From assembly GCA_002269645.1 (NCBI GenBank), contig NIVC01002868.1, forward strand, positions 62,001 through 126,000: a DNA stretch of 64,000 bases. Direction: 5' to 3'. The stretch is from Macrostomum lignano (lineage: Eukaryota). Positions 50,246 to 61,749 of the stretch are shown here, piece by piece; positions within the stretch are counted from its first letter, which is position 1; each line of letters starts with the position of its first letter. The notes below the pieces were generated by a model. It was not told the DNA's origin. It saw only the letters and a list, made by a program, of their open reading frames with translations, and ran no database searches. Both the position numbers and the translations under genes were made by a program.

Positions 50246-50792
50246 GTGAGCGTAGCGGAATTTACAATCGGTGCTGTTTTGTTCACGCACTTCCCCACTT
50301 GCACTCAGCATAATCCTATATACTAAAAATGAAATGTCTGTAACTAACTAGCTATGCGATAGATTTCAGAAAAAATGGCTCAACCGATTTTCTTTAAACT
50401 TGCACCATTCGATCAGAAATGTTCCTGGGACGGTACATGCATCTTGGCTAAGAAATTGCTCAATGTTAAAGGGATTAAATATTCGAAAAACATGCTTTTT
50501 TGCAAAGGTCAAGCAAAATTTTTGACTTGAAATGCATTGTAAGAATGCTAGAGAAAAAACTGACTGGCTGAATTCCGATTGTGATAAAGATTGCATCACA
50601 ACCAGTTGAAAACAGTGCCGAAGAAATGCACACAAGACTTCATTTAAATTGCGTAACCATATTGCTAACTTAAATTCAGACTGATACTGGCTGACTGAGA
50701 AATTGATTATGTCATAACTTTTTACTCTAACCGACTTGCTATAAGTATTGAATTATAAGGGCCACAAGTCATGTTCTCCAATTGAAAAGAGA

Positions 50793-50868
50793 TAGCCGGA
50801 TGCAAACAGACTGGAATGCTAATGTAGCGACCTTGGTTCGAATCTTAGTAGTGAAAAATGTTTTTTTT
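50793..50868 (+). promoter_or_regulatory. tRNA-like A-box/B-box plus T8 run in Helitron B
   Basis: TAGCCGGATGC (50793), GGTTCGAATCT (50835), T run 50861-50868. Confidence 0.45.
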
Positions 50869-50898
50869 ATTAAAACACCTTAAAAAACACAAAATTCT

Positions 50899-53800
50899 AA
50901 ACATTAAAGAGCCACCATTTCAAACCTAAAAGAGCCACCATGTCAAACATTAAAGAGCCACCATTTCAAACCTAAAAGAGCCACCATGTCGAACATTAAA
51001 GAGCCACCATGTCGAACATAAAAGAGCCACCATATCAAACATTAAAGAGCCACCATTTCAAACATTAAAGAGCCGCCATGTCAAACATTAAAGAGCCACC
51101 ATTTCAAACCTAAAAGAGCCACCATGTCGAACATTAAAGAGCCACCATGTCAAACATTAAAGAGCCACCATATCAAACATAAAAGAATTACCATGTCAAA
51201 CATTAAAGAGCCACCATGTCGAACATTAAAGAGCCACAATGTCAAACATTAAAGAGCCACCATTTCAAACCTAAAAGAGCCACCATGTCGAACATTAAAA
51301 AGCCACCATGTCAAACATTAAAGAGCCACAATGGCAAACATTAAAGAGACACCATTACGAACATTAAAGAGCCACCATGTCAAACATAAAACAGCCACCA
51401 TTTCGAAAATTAAAGAGCCACCATTTTAAACATTAAAGAGCCACCTTGTCAAATATTAAAGAGCCACAATGTCAAACATTAAAGAGCCACCTTATCAAAC
51501 ATTAAAGAGCCACCATGTCGAACATAAAAGAGCCACAATGTAGAACATAAAAGAGTCACCATGTCAAACAGTAAAGAGCCACCATGTAAAACATTAAAGA
51601 GCCACCATGTCGAACATAAAAGAGGTACCATGTCAAACATTAATGACCCACCAGGTCAAACATGAAAGTGCCACCATGTCAAATATTAAAAAGCCACCAT
51701 GTCAAACATTAAAGAGCCACCAGGTCAAACATGAAAGTGCCACCATATAAAACATTAAAGAGCCACCAGGTCAAACATATACATGACTTCATGTCAAACA
51801 TTAAAGAGCCACCATGTCGAACATAAAAGGGCCACCATGTCAAATATTAAAGAGCCACCATGTCAAACATTAAAGAGCAACCAGGTCAAACATGAAAGTG
51901 CCACCATGTAACACATTAAAGAGCCACCATGTCGAACATTTAAGAACCACCATGTCAAACATAAAATAGCCACCATGTGAAACATATAGGTGACTCCATG
52001 TAAAACATTAAAGAGCTACCATTTCAGACATATACATGACTCCATGTCAAACATATACGTGACTCCATGTTAGACATTAAAGAGCCACCATGTCGAACAT
52101 TAAAGATCCAACGTATTAAAAATACAAGAGCCACCATGTCAAACATATACATGACTCCATGTCAAACATTGAAGAGACACCATGTCGAACATAAAAGAGC
52201 CACCATGCAAAACATAAAAGAGCCACCATGTCTAACATTAAAGAGCCACCATGGCAAACATATACATGACTCTATGTCGAACAATCAAGAGCCACCATGT
52301 CAAACATATACATGACTCCATGTCAAACGTTAAAGAGACACCATGTCAAACATTAAAGAGCCACCATGTCAAACATTTAAGAGCCACCAGGTCAAACATG
52401 AAAGTGCCACCATGTAAAACATTAAAGAGCCACCATGTAAAACATATACGTAACTCCATGTCAAATATTGAAGAGACCCCATGTCAAACATTAAAGAGCC
52501 ACCACGTCGAACATAAAAGAGCCACCATGTAAAACATATACGTAACTCCATGTCAAACATTAAAGCGACACCATGTCGAACATAAAAGAGCCACCATGTC
52601 GAACATTAAAGAGCCACCATGTCGAACATAAAAGAGCTACCATGTCAAACATTAAAGAGCCACCATGTTAAACATAAAAGAGCCATCATGTCAAACATAT
52701 AAGTGACTTTATGTCGAACATTAAAGAGCCACCATTTCTAACATTAAAGAGCCACCATGTCCAACATTAAAGAGTCACCATGTCAAAAATTAAAGAGCCA
52801 CCATGTCTATCATTAAAGAGCCATCATGTCAAACATTAAAGAGCTACTTTGTCTAACATTGAATAGCCACCATGTGAAACATTAAAGAGCCACCATGTCA
52901 AACATTAAAGAGCCACCATGTCAAACATAAAAGAGCCACCTTTTTGAACATTAAAGAGCCACCATTTCGAACATTAAAGAGCCACCATGTCAAACATAAT
53001 AGAGCCCCCATGTCAAACATAGAAGAGCCCCCATGTCAAACATAGAAGAGCCCCCATGTCAAACATTAAAGAGCCACCATGTCCAACATATACATGACTC
53101 CATGTTGAACATTCAAGAGCTACCATGTCAAACATATACATGACGCCATGTCGAACATAAAAGAGCCACCATGTCGAACATTAAAAAGCCACCATGTCAA
53201 ACATTAAAGAGCCACCATTTCAAACCTAAAAGAGCCACCATGTCGAACATTAAAGAGCCACCATGTCGAACATAAAAGAGCCACCATATCAAACATTAAA
53301 GAGCCACCATTTCAAACATTAAAGAGCCGCCATGTCAAACATTAAAGAGCCACCATTTCAAACCTAAAAGAGCCACCATGTCGAACATTAAAGAGCCACC
53401 ATGTCGAACATAAAAGAGCCACCATATCAAACATAAAAGAATTACCATGTCAAACATTAAAGAGCCACCATGTCAAACATTAAAGAGCCACAATGTCAAA
53501 CATTAAAGAGCCACCATTTCAAACCTAAAAGAGCCACCATGTCGAACATTAAAAAGCCACCATGTCAAACATTAAAGAGCCACAATGGCAAACATTAAAG
53601 AGACACCATTAAGAACATTAAAGAGCCACCATGTCAAACATAAAACAGCCACCATTTCGAAAATTAAAGAGCCACCATTTTAAACATTAAAGAGCCACCT
53701 TGTCAAATATTAAAGAGCCACAATGTCAAACATTAAAGAGCCACCTTATCAAACATTAAAGAGCCACCATGTCGAACATAAAAGAGCCACAATGTAGAAC

Positions 53801-56245
53801 ATAAAAGAGTCACCATGTCAAACAGTAAAGAGCCACCATGTAAAACATTAAAGAGCCACCATGTCGAACATAAAAGAGGTACCATGTCAAACATTAATGA
53901 CCCACCAGGTCAAACATGAAAGTGCCACCATGTCAAATATTAAAAAGCCACCATGTCAAACATTAAAGAGCCACCAGGTCAAACATGAAAGTGCCACCAT
54001 ATAAAACATTAAAGAGCCACCAGGTCAAACATATACATGACTTCATGTCAAACATTAAAGAGCCACCATGTCGAACATAAAAGGGCCACCATGTCAAATA
54101 TTAAAGAGCCACCATGTCAAACATTAAAGAGCAACCAGGTCAAACATGAAAGTGCCACCATGTAACACATTAAAGAGCCACCATGTCGAACATTTAAGAA
54201 CCACCATGTCAAACATAAAATAGCCACCATGTGAAACATATAGGTGACTCCATGTAAAACATTAAAGAGCTACCATTTCAGACATATACATGACTCCATG
54301 TCAAACATATACGTGACTCCATGTTAGACATTAAAGAGCCACCATGTCGAACATTAAAGATCCAACGTATTAAAAATACAAGAGCCACCATGTCAAACAT
54401 ATACATGACTCCATGTCAAACACTGAAGAGACACCATGTCGAACATAAAAGAGCCACCATGCAAAACATAAAAGAGCCACCATGTCTAACATTAAAGAGC
54501 CACCATGGCAAACATATACATGACTCTATGTCGAACAATCAAGAGCCACCATGTCAAACATATACATGACTCCATGTCAAACGTTAAAGAGACACCATGT
54601 CAAACATTAAAGAGCCACCATGTCAAACATTTAAGAGCCACCAGGTCAAACATGAAAGTGCCACCATGTAAAACATTAAAGAGCCACCATGTAAAACATA
54701 TACGTAACTCCATGTCAAATATTGAAGAGACACCATGTCGAACATAAAAGAGCCACCACGTCGAACATAAAAGAGCCACCATGTAAAACATATACGTAAC
54801 TCCATGTCAAACATTGAAGCGACACCATGTCGAACATAAAAGAGCCACCATGTCGAACATTAAAGAGCCACCATGTCGAACATAAAAGAGCTACCATGTC
54901 AAACATTAAAGAGCCACCATGTTAAACATAAAAGAGCCATCATGTCAAACATATAAGTGACTTTATGTCGAACATTAAAGAGCCACCATTTCTAACATTA
55001 AAGAGCCACCATGTCCAACATTAAAGAGTCACCATGTCAAAAATTAAAGAGCCACCATGTCTATCATTAAAGAGCCATCATGTCATACATTAAAGAGCTA
55101 CTTTGTCTAACATTGAATAGCCACCATGTGAAACATTAAAGAGCCACCATGTCAAACATTAAAGAGCCACCATGTCAAACATAAAAGAGCCACCTTTTTG
55201 AACATTAAAGAGCCACCATTTCGAACATTAAAGAGCCACCATGTCAAACATAATAGAGCCCCCATGTCAAACATAGAAGAGCCCCCATGTCAAACATAGA
55301 AGAGCCCCCATGTCAAACATTAAAGAGCCACCATGTCCAACATATACATGACTCCATGTTGAACATTCAAGAGCTACCATGTCAAACATATACATGACGC
55401 CATGTCGAACATAAAAGAGCCACCATGTCGAACATTAAAAAGCCACCATGTCAAACATTAAAGAGCCACCATTTCAAACCTAAAAGAGCCACCATGTCGA
55501 ACATTGAAGAGCCACCATGTCGAACATTAAAGGGCCACCATGTCAAATATTAAAGGGCCACCATGTCAAATATTAAGGAGCCACCATGTCAAACATTAAA
55601 GAGCCACCAGGTCAAACATGAAAGTGCCACCATGTCTAACATTCAAGAGCTACCATGTCAAACATATACATGACTCCATGTCAAACATTAAAGAGACACT
55701 ATGTCAAACATTAAAGAGCCACCAGGTCAAACATGAAAGTGCCACCATGTAACACATTAAAGAGCCACCATGTCGAACATTTAAGAACCACCATGTCAAA
55801 CATATACGTGACTCCATGTAAAACATTAAAGAGCTACCATATCAGACATATACATGACTCCATGTCAAACATATACGTGACTCCATGTTAGACATTAAAG
55901 AGCCACCATGTCGAACATTAAAGAGCCAACATGTTAAAAATACAAGAGCCACCATGTCAAACATATACATGACTCCATGTCAAACATTGAAGAGACACCA
56001 TGTCGAACATAAAAGAGCCACCATGTCAAACATTAAAGAGCCACCATGTCAAACATAAAAGAGCCACCTTTTTGAACATTAAAGAGCCACCATTTCGAAC
56101 ATTAAAGAGCCACCATGTCAAACATAATAGAGCCCCATGTCAAACATAGAAGAGCCCCCATGTCAAACATAGAAGAGCCCCCATGTCAAACATAGAAGAG
56201 CCACTATGTCAGACATTGAAAAGCCACCGTATCAAACATAAAAGA
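50899..56245. repeat. 23-bp family B satellite with a 2254-bp higher-order duplication
   Basis: ACATTAAAGAGCCACCATGTCAA units; variant blocks at 50963 and 53217, and at 52067 and 54321, are offset 2254. Confidence 0.97.
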
Positions 56246-56329
56246 TACACAATTTCAAACGTAAAAGTAAGCGAATTTTAAAGGAGCCGCTATAATGCTA
56301 AGGAAATTGTCGCACTAGCTACTTATTGT

Positions 56330-56765
56330 CTGGTGGATGCTTGCTATTTGGGGATGCTATCTATCTCGGGGATGCTTGCTATCTGGGGGATGCTTGCTAT
56401 CTTGGGGATGCTTGCAATCTGGGGTGATGCTTGCTATCTGGGGGATGCTTGCTATCTGGGGGATGCTTGCTATCTGGGGGATGCTTGCTATCTTGGGGGA
56501 TGCTTGCTATCTGGGGGATGCTTGCAATCTGGGGGATGCTTGCTATCTTGGGGATGCTTGCAATCTGGGGTGATGCTTGCTATCTGGGGGATGCTTGCTA
56601 TCTGGGGATGCTTGCTATCTGGGGGATGCTTGCTATCTGGGGGATGCTTGCTATCTGGGGGATGCTTGCTATCTGGTGGATGCTTGCTATCTGGGGGATG
56701 CTTGCTATCTGGGGGATGCTTGCCATCTTGGGGATGCTTGCTATCTGGTGGATGCTTGCAGTCTT
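56330..56765. repeat. 17-18 bp minisatellite (GGGGGATGCTTGCTATCT)
   Basis: Direct reading; homologous to 9440-9725. Confidence 0.95.
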
Positions 56766-56905
56766 GGGATGATTTCTTTTTGCAATGCACTTCATTTGAG
56801 CAGTTTGTCTGTTGTCTTTTTGAAGGATTTTTGGCTGTCTTTTTGTTACTTGTAGAAAACAGAGATTCTATCCAGATGTCCCCCATCGGGGGGCGAAGAT
56901 TGCTA

Positions 56906-56906
<1 letters not shown>

Positions 56907-56986
<80 letters not shown>
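56907..56986. repeat. (TAA)n tract = (ATT)n 3' tail of the minus-strand RTE
   Basis: Lies ~45 bp beyond the RTE ORF stop. Confidence 0.85.
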
Positions 56987-57998
56987 GTTGCGCCCCACGC
57001 CAGCCACGGGAGTGGCCAAAAGGGGGGTGCGTCAAATCGCGCGTTTCAGAGCTAGGTCTCTAACGTGCTTCACACCGGCCGCCTGGCTGGGTGCTTGCGC
57101 GTCTTCAAAAAGGCGGTCGACGTAGCGGGCTGATCGTCCCTGGCCACGCCTGCGCGGTCCCTGCGGGGTCCACAGCAGGACGTCCTGCAGCGGCTCTGGG
57201 CAGTAGGCTTCGGCCCGGATGACATGTCCGGCAAGCCGCAGGCGCCGCTGACTCAGCAGGGCAGAAGGCCGCGTCAGGCCTGTGCGCCTGTACAGGGACT
57301 CGGTTGTCTCGCTGCCAGGGCCGTGGCGGGCGCCGAAAGCGGCGCCGACTAGAGCCGCATGCACCGCGTCGAGCTGCGCCTCAAGCGCCCCGGTCAGCGT
57401 CCAGATCTCAGCATTGTACAGCAGGGCGGTCTCAACAACCGCCTGGAACAGCTGGGACCTGGCGCCGTCGGACAGGGCCTCGGAGAGCAGCAACGCCCGC
57501 ACAGATCAGAAGGCAGCCCACGCCTTGCCGCGCCGTCTCGCTAGGTCGTCGCCGACGTCAGGCACCAGCCCGAGGTAGACGAACTGAAGGCACTTCGGGA
57601 GCGCCGTCCCGGGGCCATCACTGTCTCGAAGTCGAATCTCGGCGGGTAGATCATGTGGCACCGTCAGCACCTCGGTCTTCCTGGCGTTGATGACGAGACC
57701 GACCCTCGCCGCCGCCACAGTCAGGCCGTCCACCAGCCGTTGGGCGCCTTCGGCCGTCGAAGACAGCAGGGCGAGGTCGTCCGCGTAGCCAAGGACAGAC
57801 AGTTTCTTCCCCGGGTGCCGTCTACTGGTGCGCCTTTGCAGCAGAAAGCCGTCCTCTGATGTCGGCAGGCCGGTCCTGAGCACCCAGTCCATCACCAGCA
57901 CGAAGAGAAAGGGCGCCAGAGTGTCACCCTGTAGCACTCCGGAGGTCGTGCTAAACAGTTCCGACGGTCCGTCTGGCGTCGCTACCGCGGCGGTGGTA
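56907..57998 (-). mobile_element. 5'-truncated RTE-clade non-LTR retrotransposon (RT C-terminal half, one in-frame stop)
   Basis: GVLQGDTLAPFLF, YADD, KTEV, YLG, LLYNAEIWTL, RRLRLAGHVIR; TGA at 57508-57506 in frame; possible TSD AGCATA (50307-50312 / 57999-58004). Confidence 0.92.
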
Positions 57999-58407
57999 AG
58001 CATAGCATTTATGGTTTAGCAGACATCTAGATGTACTTCTACTTGAGTTCAGCATTGAATAACCCAACAAGCGACAAAAGGCAGTTCATAAATTCCAACC
58101 GAATTTCTGATGAAACACAAATGCATGTAGATAAGTATTGTCCGGAGGGCTGGTAAAGCGCTATCGGAAACGACGTCCCACAACCAAGGGTTGGTCGATT
58201 TTCAGCCCGTTCCGCTGACTCCTGAGCATGTACGAGAGCACGGATACTGCCGCAGGCACGCACTCACACACGCTCAACGACCACGGGGCCATCGAAAGAT
58301 GAACGCAGATTTAGAATTTGATCGACTGCAATCGATATTTTGAAGGAGATGCACTCGTGTTGGTCCCACCACAGTAGGGACGCACTGATATCTCTTTTTT
58401 ATTCCAG

Positions 58408-58637
58408 ATAGCAAACATTTTACTTTGGCTGACCGAGACTACGTGAACGTGACCTCTACCAGCGGGCCCTTCTACCGCAATGAGCAGCCCGTCAGGAGTC
58501 TGACTGAGTGCGTATATCGCTGCGAAGCTGACTGCCAGGCCGTGCTGTTCCACCTGGACGCCTGCCACCTGCTGAGATTTCCCGTTCTGCCGCACGTGCT
58601 GAAGAACGAGGCTGGGAAGTTCGCCATCCGTGTGTGA
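58408..58637 (+). CDS. Exon 2 of the WSC gene, PAN/apple-like Cys module (spliced product 212 aa)
   Basis: TTTTTTATTCCAG acceptor at 58407; phase 1 matches the WSC exon donor (G|AT = Asp); 409+230 = 639 nt. Pattern C-x3-C-x3-C..F..C. Confidence 0.65.
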
Positions 58638-58685
58638 GGGACCGCCTGATTCGGAGCAAGGAGTCTCGGTTGCTGAAGCCTTCTG

Positions 58686-58982
58686 CTTGCTGAACTCTGT
58701 GATTTCTGACACCATCCGATTGCTGAACTCTGTGATTTCTGACACCATCCGATTGGTGAACTCTGTGATTTCTGAAACCCTCTGATTGCTGAACTCTGTG
58801 ATTTCTGACACCATCCGATTGCTGAACTCTGTGATTTCTGACACCATCCGATTGGTGAACTCTGTGATTTCTGAAACCCTCTGATTGCTGAACTCTGTGA
58901 TTTCTGACACCATCCGATTGCTGAACTCTGTGATTTCTGAAACCCTCTGGTTGCTGAACTCTGTGATTTCTGACACCATCTG
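58686..58982. repeat. 33-bp minisatellite (TTGCTGAACTCTGTGATTTCTGACACCATCCGA)
   Basis: About 9 direct units downstream of the stop codon. Confidence 0.95.
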
Positions 58983-60276
58983 AGTTCAAATAAAATGAAA
59001 ATTTTCACCGCCGAAAGGAAAGAATTTTAGCGGCTTCTGAGCAGTAGCTTAATGGTAAATAAATTTATTTTTTATCTTAATCAATCGAGGCAGCTGCAGC
59101 AGGCACAATGGCAGCAGTAGCAACCAAATCACATATTGCTGCCTCACTATCGACTCTAGCATTATCAGATTTACAAAAATTCGAATAGGATTCCGAAGCG
59201 AACTTCAGGTGTTTCTACTTGCATCAGGAAAGTACAGCACATGCTTGTGCGGCAGTAAAGATCCTATTGCGTGAAGCGAACACCAATGAAATGCCTTATA
59301 GAAATAATATATGTACTAGCTTTCAGTGCGAATTAAGCTCAGCTTCCCCTTCTTCGTCTCCCTTTGCTGCCGCTTCCGCTGCTTCTCTACTCCTAGCCTA
59401 GACTCCTATATCCTGTAGAGACCTCCAATCATGGTAGCCTACTAGAAGTAGTAAGTTAAATTTGTGAACAAAAATTTAAAAATAGCTATGCGTCATACTC
59501 GTCATAATGCGTCATAATGCGTCACATTTCAGTAATATCACGAAAACAGCGAGTGACTATCCTATTGCTCGAAAAACTGGTTCTCAACATCTACTTTTAG
59601 AAATTCCAAATATGGTAAAATGGTAAATGTTAATCGGAATGCGACCTAAGTCTCACCCTTTTCTATTCAAAATTCCACCTGTCAAGTAATAAAATTCCTT
59701 TCTTGACCTCAATCAAAAAACCGGTTTTGAGCTCAAGGTCGACTTAAGGCCGACAGATTGTGTATAAATACAAACTAAAAATCAGAGCTGAAATCTCAGA
59801 CTCGGAGCAGCCTCAAGAGGACTTGAAAACATCCAAGAACTAAGAGGCTACATCTCTGAGGGAGAAGTACACCAATAGGTAAGCTTTGTTGGGGTCTGTT
59901 ATTTGATTATTGAGAGCGATTTTATTACCGGCTGTTCAGTTGAAATTACTGAGTTTATTGAGCTTGAGGCCTCCCTTTTCCTAAGGGATTGGATAGGATC
60001 TTCGGACCGATTCCAATACTCTTAGAGGATTATCGATCGATTTGATTTGGTACCCTAGAGTAACCGAAAGGGGCATACGACTCCGATTCCGTTATTTCTA
60101 GAAGACGACGCCCTTTCTGGAGGACCTCGTCCTTGTTATAGAGTTGACTTTGATATTAGGGCCCATCTCTGGTTTCTGCACTCGAGGAATGCTTCGACAT
60201 CGACGGATTAAATCGTTACTTTCTCATATTTGACCGATTTTTAGAATTAAAGAAGACTACTCCGGAGGAAGAAGAA

Positions 60277-60706
60277 GGGACGCTTTCATAAGACCTAAAT
60301 TTCACAACGCCTAAAATATTTGCACGCTCTTTCACATCGCCTAAATTTCACAACGCCTAAAATCAAAAGTGCAGCCTCCTTCACATCGCCTAAATTTCAT
60401 ATCGCTTAAATTTCACAACGCCTAAAATCTTTGCTTCTCTCCTTCACATTCAGTTTTAGGCGTTGTGTAATTTAGGCGATGTGAAGGAGGCTGCATATAT
60501 TTTAGGCGATGTGAAATTTAGGCGATGTAAAGGAGGCTGCATATATTTTAGGCGTTGTGAAATTTAGGCGATATGAAATTTAGGCGTTGTGAAGGAGGCT
60601 GCATTTTCGATTTTAGGCGTTGTGAAATTTAGGCGTTATGAAATTTAGGTGATGTGAAGTCATGTGCTTTAGGCGTTGTGAAATTTAGGTCTTATGAAGC
60701 GCCCCC
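60277..60706. mobile_element. Palindromic MITE/foldback with internal ~17-bp subrepeats
   Basis: Termini GGGACGCTTTCATAAGACC / GGTCTTATGAAGCGCCCCC; flanking 8-bp direct repeat AAGAAGAA (60269-60276, 60707-60714); arms built of CCTAAATTTCACAACG units. Confidence 0.85.
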
Positions 60707-60842
60707 AAGAAGAATTGAAGAAACGAGCTCGGAGAACCGGCCCGACAAAGAAGAGGAGCCCGCACCAGTAAGTGATCACTGAACTTTGTTCCCAGGCTTG
60801 AGGTCTGGAAGTGGGAGTTCGAGTGTTTAGACACTAGAATTA

Positions 60843-60893
60843 CTTCTCTCTCTCCCTCTCTCTCTTTCTCTCTCTTTTTCCCTCTCTCTCTCT
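60843..60893. repeat. (CT)n microsatellite
   Basis: Direct reading. Confidence 0.9.
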
Positions 60894-61118
60894 AGTGTGC
60901 TCAAGCGAACTCTTCACTCATTCTCTTCTCAGCTTCCGGTTCACTATCCTCTACACAGCCCAGGACTGGTGCTTGGTTCATGCTCATCGTGTTCCAAGTT
61001 TGAAGTTTTGGTATGCCACTCATTCGCCTCTGCCTTGCTTCCACAGACTTCTGCAGAGTCTCTTATATTCTTTTTATTACAAATTCAAATCGCGTACTCA
61101 ACATGCATTGCCACATCC

Positions 61119-61488
61119 GCTAGCATTTTTAGCCACAACTCACCAGCTGAGCCTCCAACGCCATTCACATCCGCTGGCATTTTTAGCCACAACTCACCAG
61201 CTGAGCCTACAACGCCATTCACATCCGCTGGCATTTTTAGCCACAACTCACCAGCTGAGCCTACAACGCCATTCACATCCGCTAGCATTTTTAGCCACAA
61301 CTCACCAGCTGAGCCTCCAACGCCATTCACATCCGCTGGCATTTTTAGCCACAACTCACCAGCTGAGCCTACAACGCCATTCACATCCGCTGGCATTTTT
61401 AGCCACAACTCACCAGCTGAGCCTACAACGCCATTCACATCCGCTGGCATTTTTAGCCACAACTCACCAGCTGAGCCTACAACGCCAA
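61119..61488. repeat. 57-bp tandem repeat (~6.5 units), open in three frames
   Basis: GCTGGCATTTTTAGCCACAACTCACCAGCTGAGCCTACAACGCCATTCACATCC units. Confidence 0.95.
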
Positions 61489-61749
61489 TTTGTTCAATCT
61501 TTAGTTCATCTTGATTCGAGAAATATTAGTACAGGCACATCCGCTGACTCTACCCAGTTTTAATTTATGCAACTTCTCAACATTTCGAATTGCTTTAAAC
61601 AAAAAGTACACCTTCATAACTAATACTTCAGCTACCGAAGCTTTGCATATTCAAACTTTGCTTATATAAAACAAAAATCTGACCCTGAATGGATGACCGC
61701 AAATCACGCTCAGATGCTATCGTTTTACGCTATTTCAAACCTTGATTGT

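Larger units (their letters stand above)
50314..56906 (+). mobile_element. Non-autonomous Helitron-like element, family B (complete, A|T target)
   Basis: A|TCCTATATACTAAAAATG at 50314; hairpin CCCCC-ATC-GGGGGG + CTAG|T at 56903-56906. Confidence 0.9.

Noticed and set aside
8986-50635. Recurrent ~60-140 aa ORFs (..FAKKHVFRIFN..) as a small gene family
   Set aside because: They lie in the shared Helitron 5' module, and start, stop, frame and strand differ among copies.
9060-56886. Many ORFs in the track with repeated peptides (KEPPC/KSHHV, MLAIWG, LDVGCW, VSEITEF, Ser/Leu-rich 396 aa)
   Set aside because: They are translations of non-coding tandem repeats or low-complexity DNA, often open in several frames.
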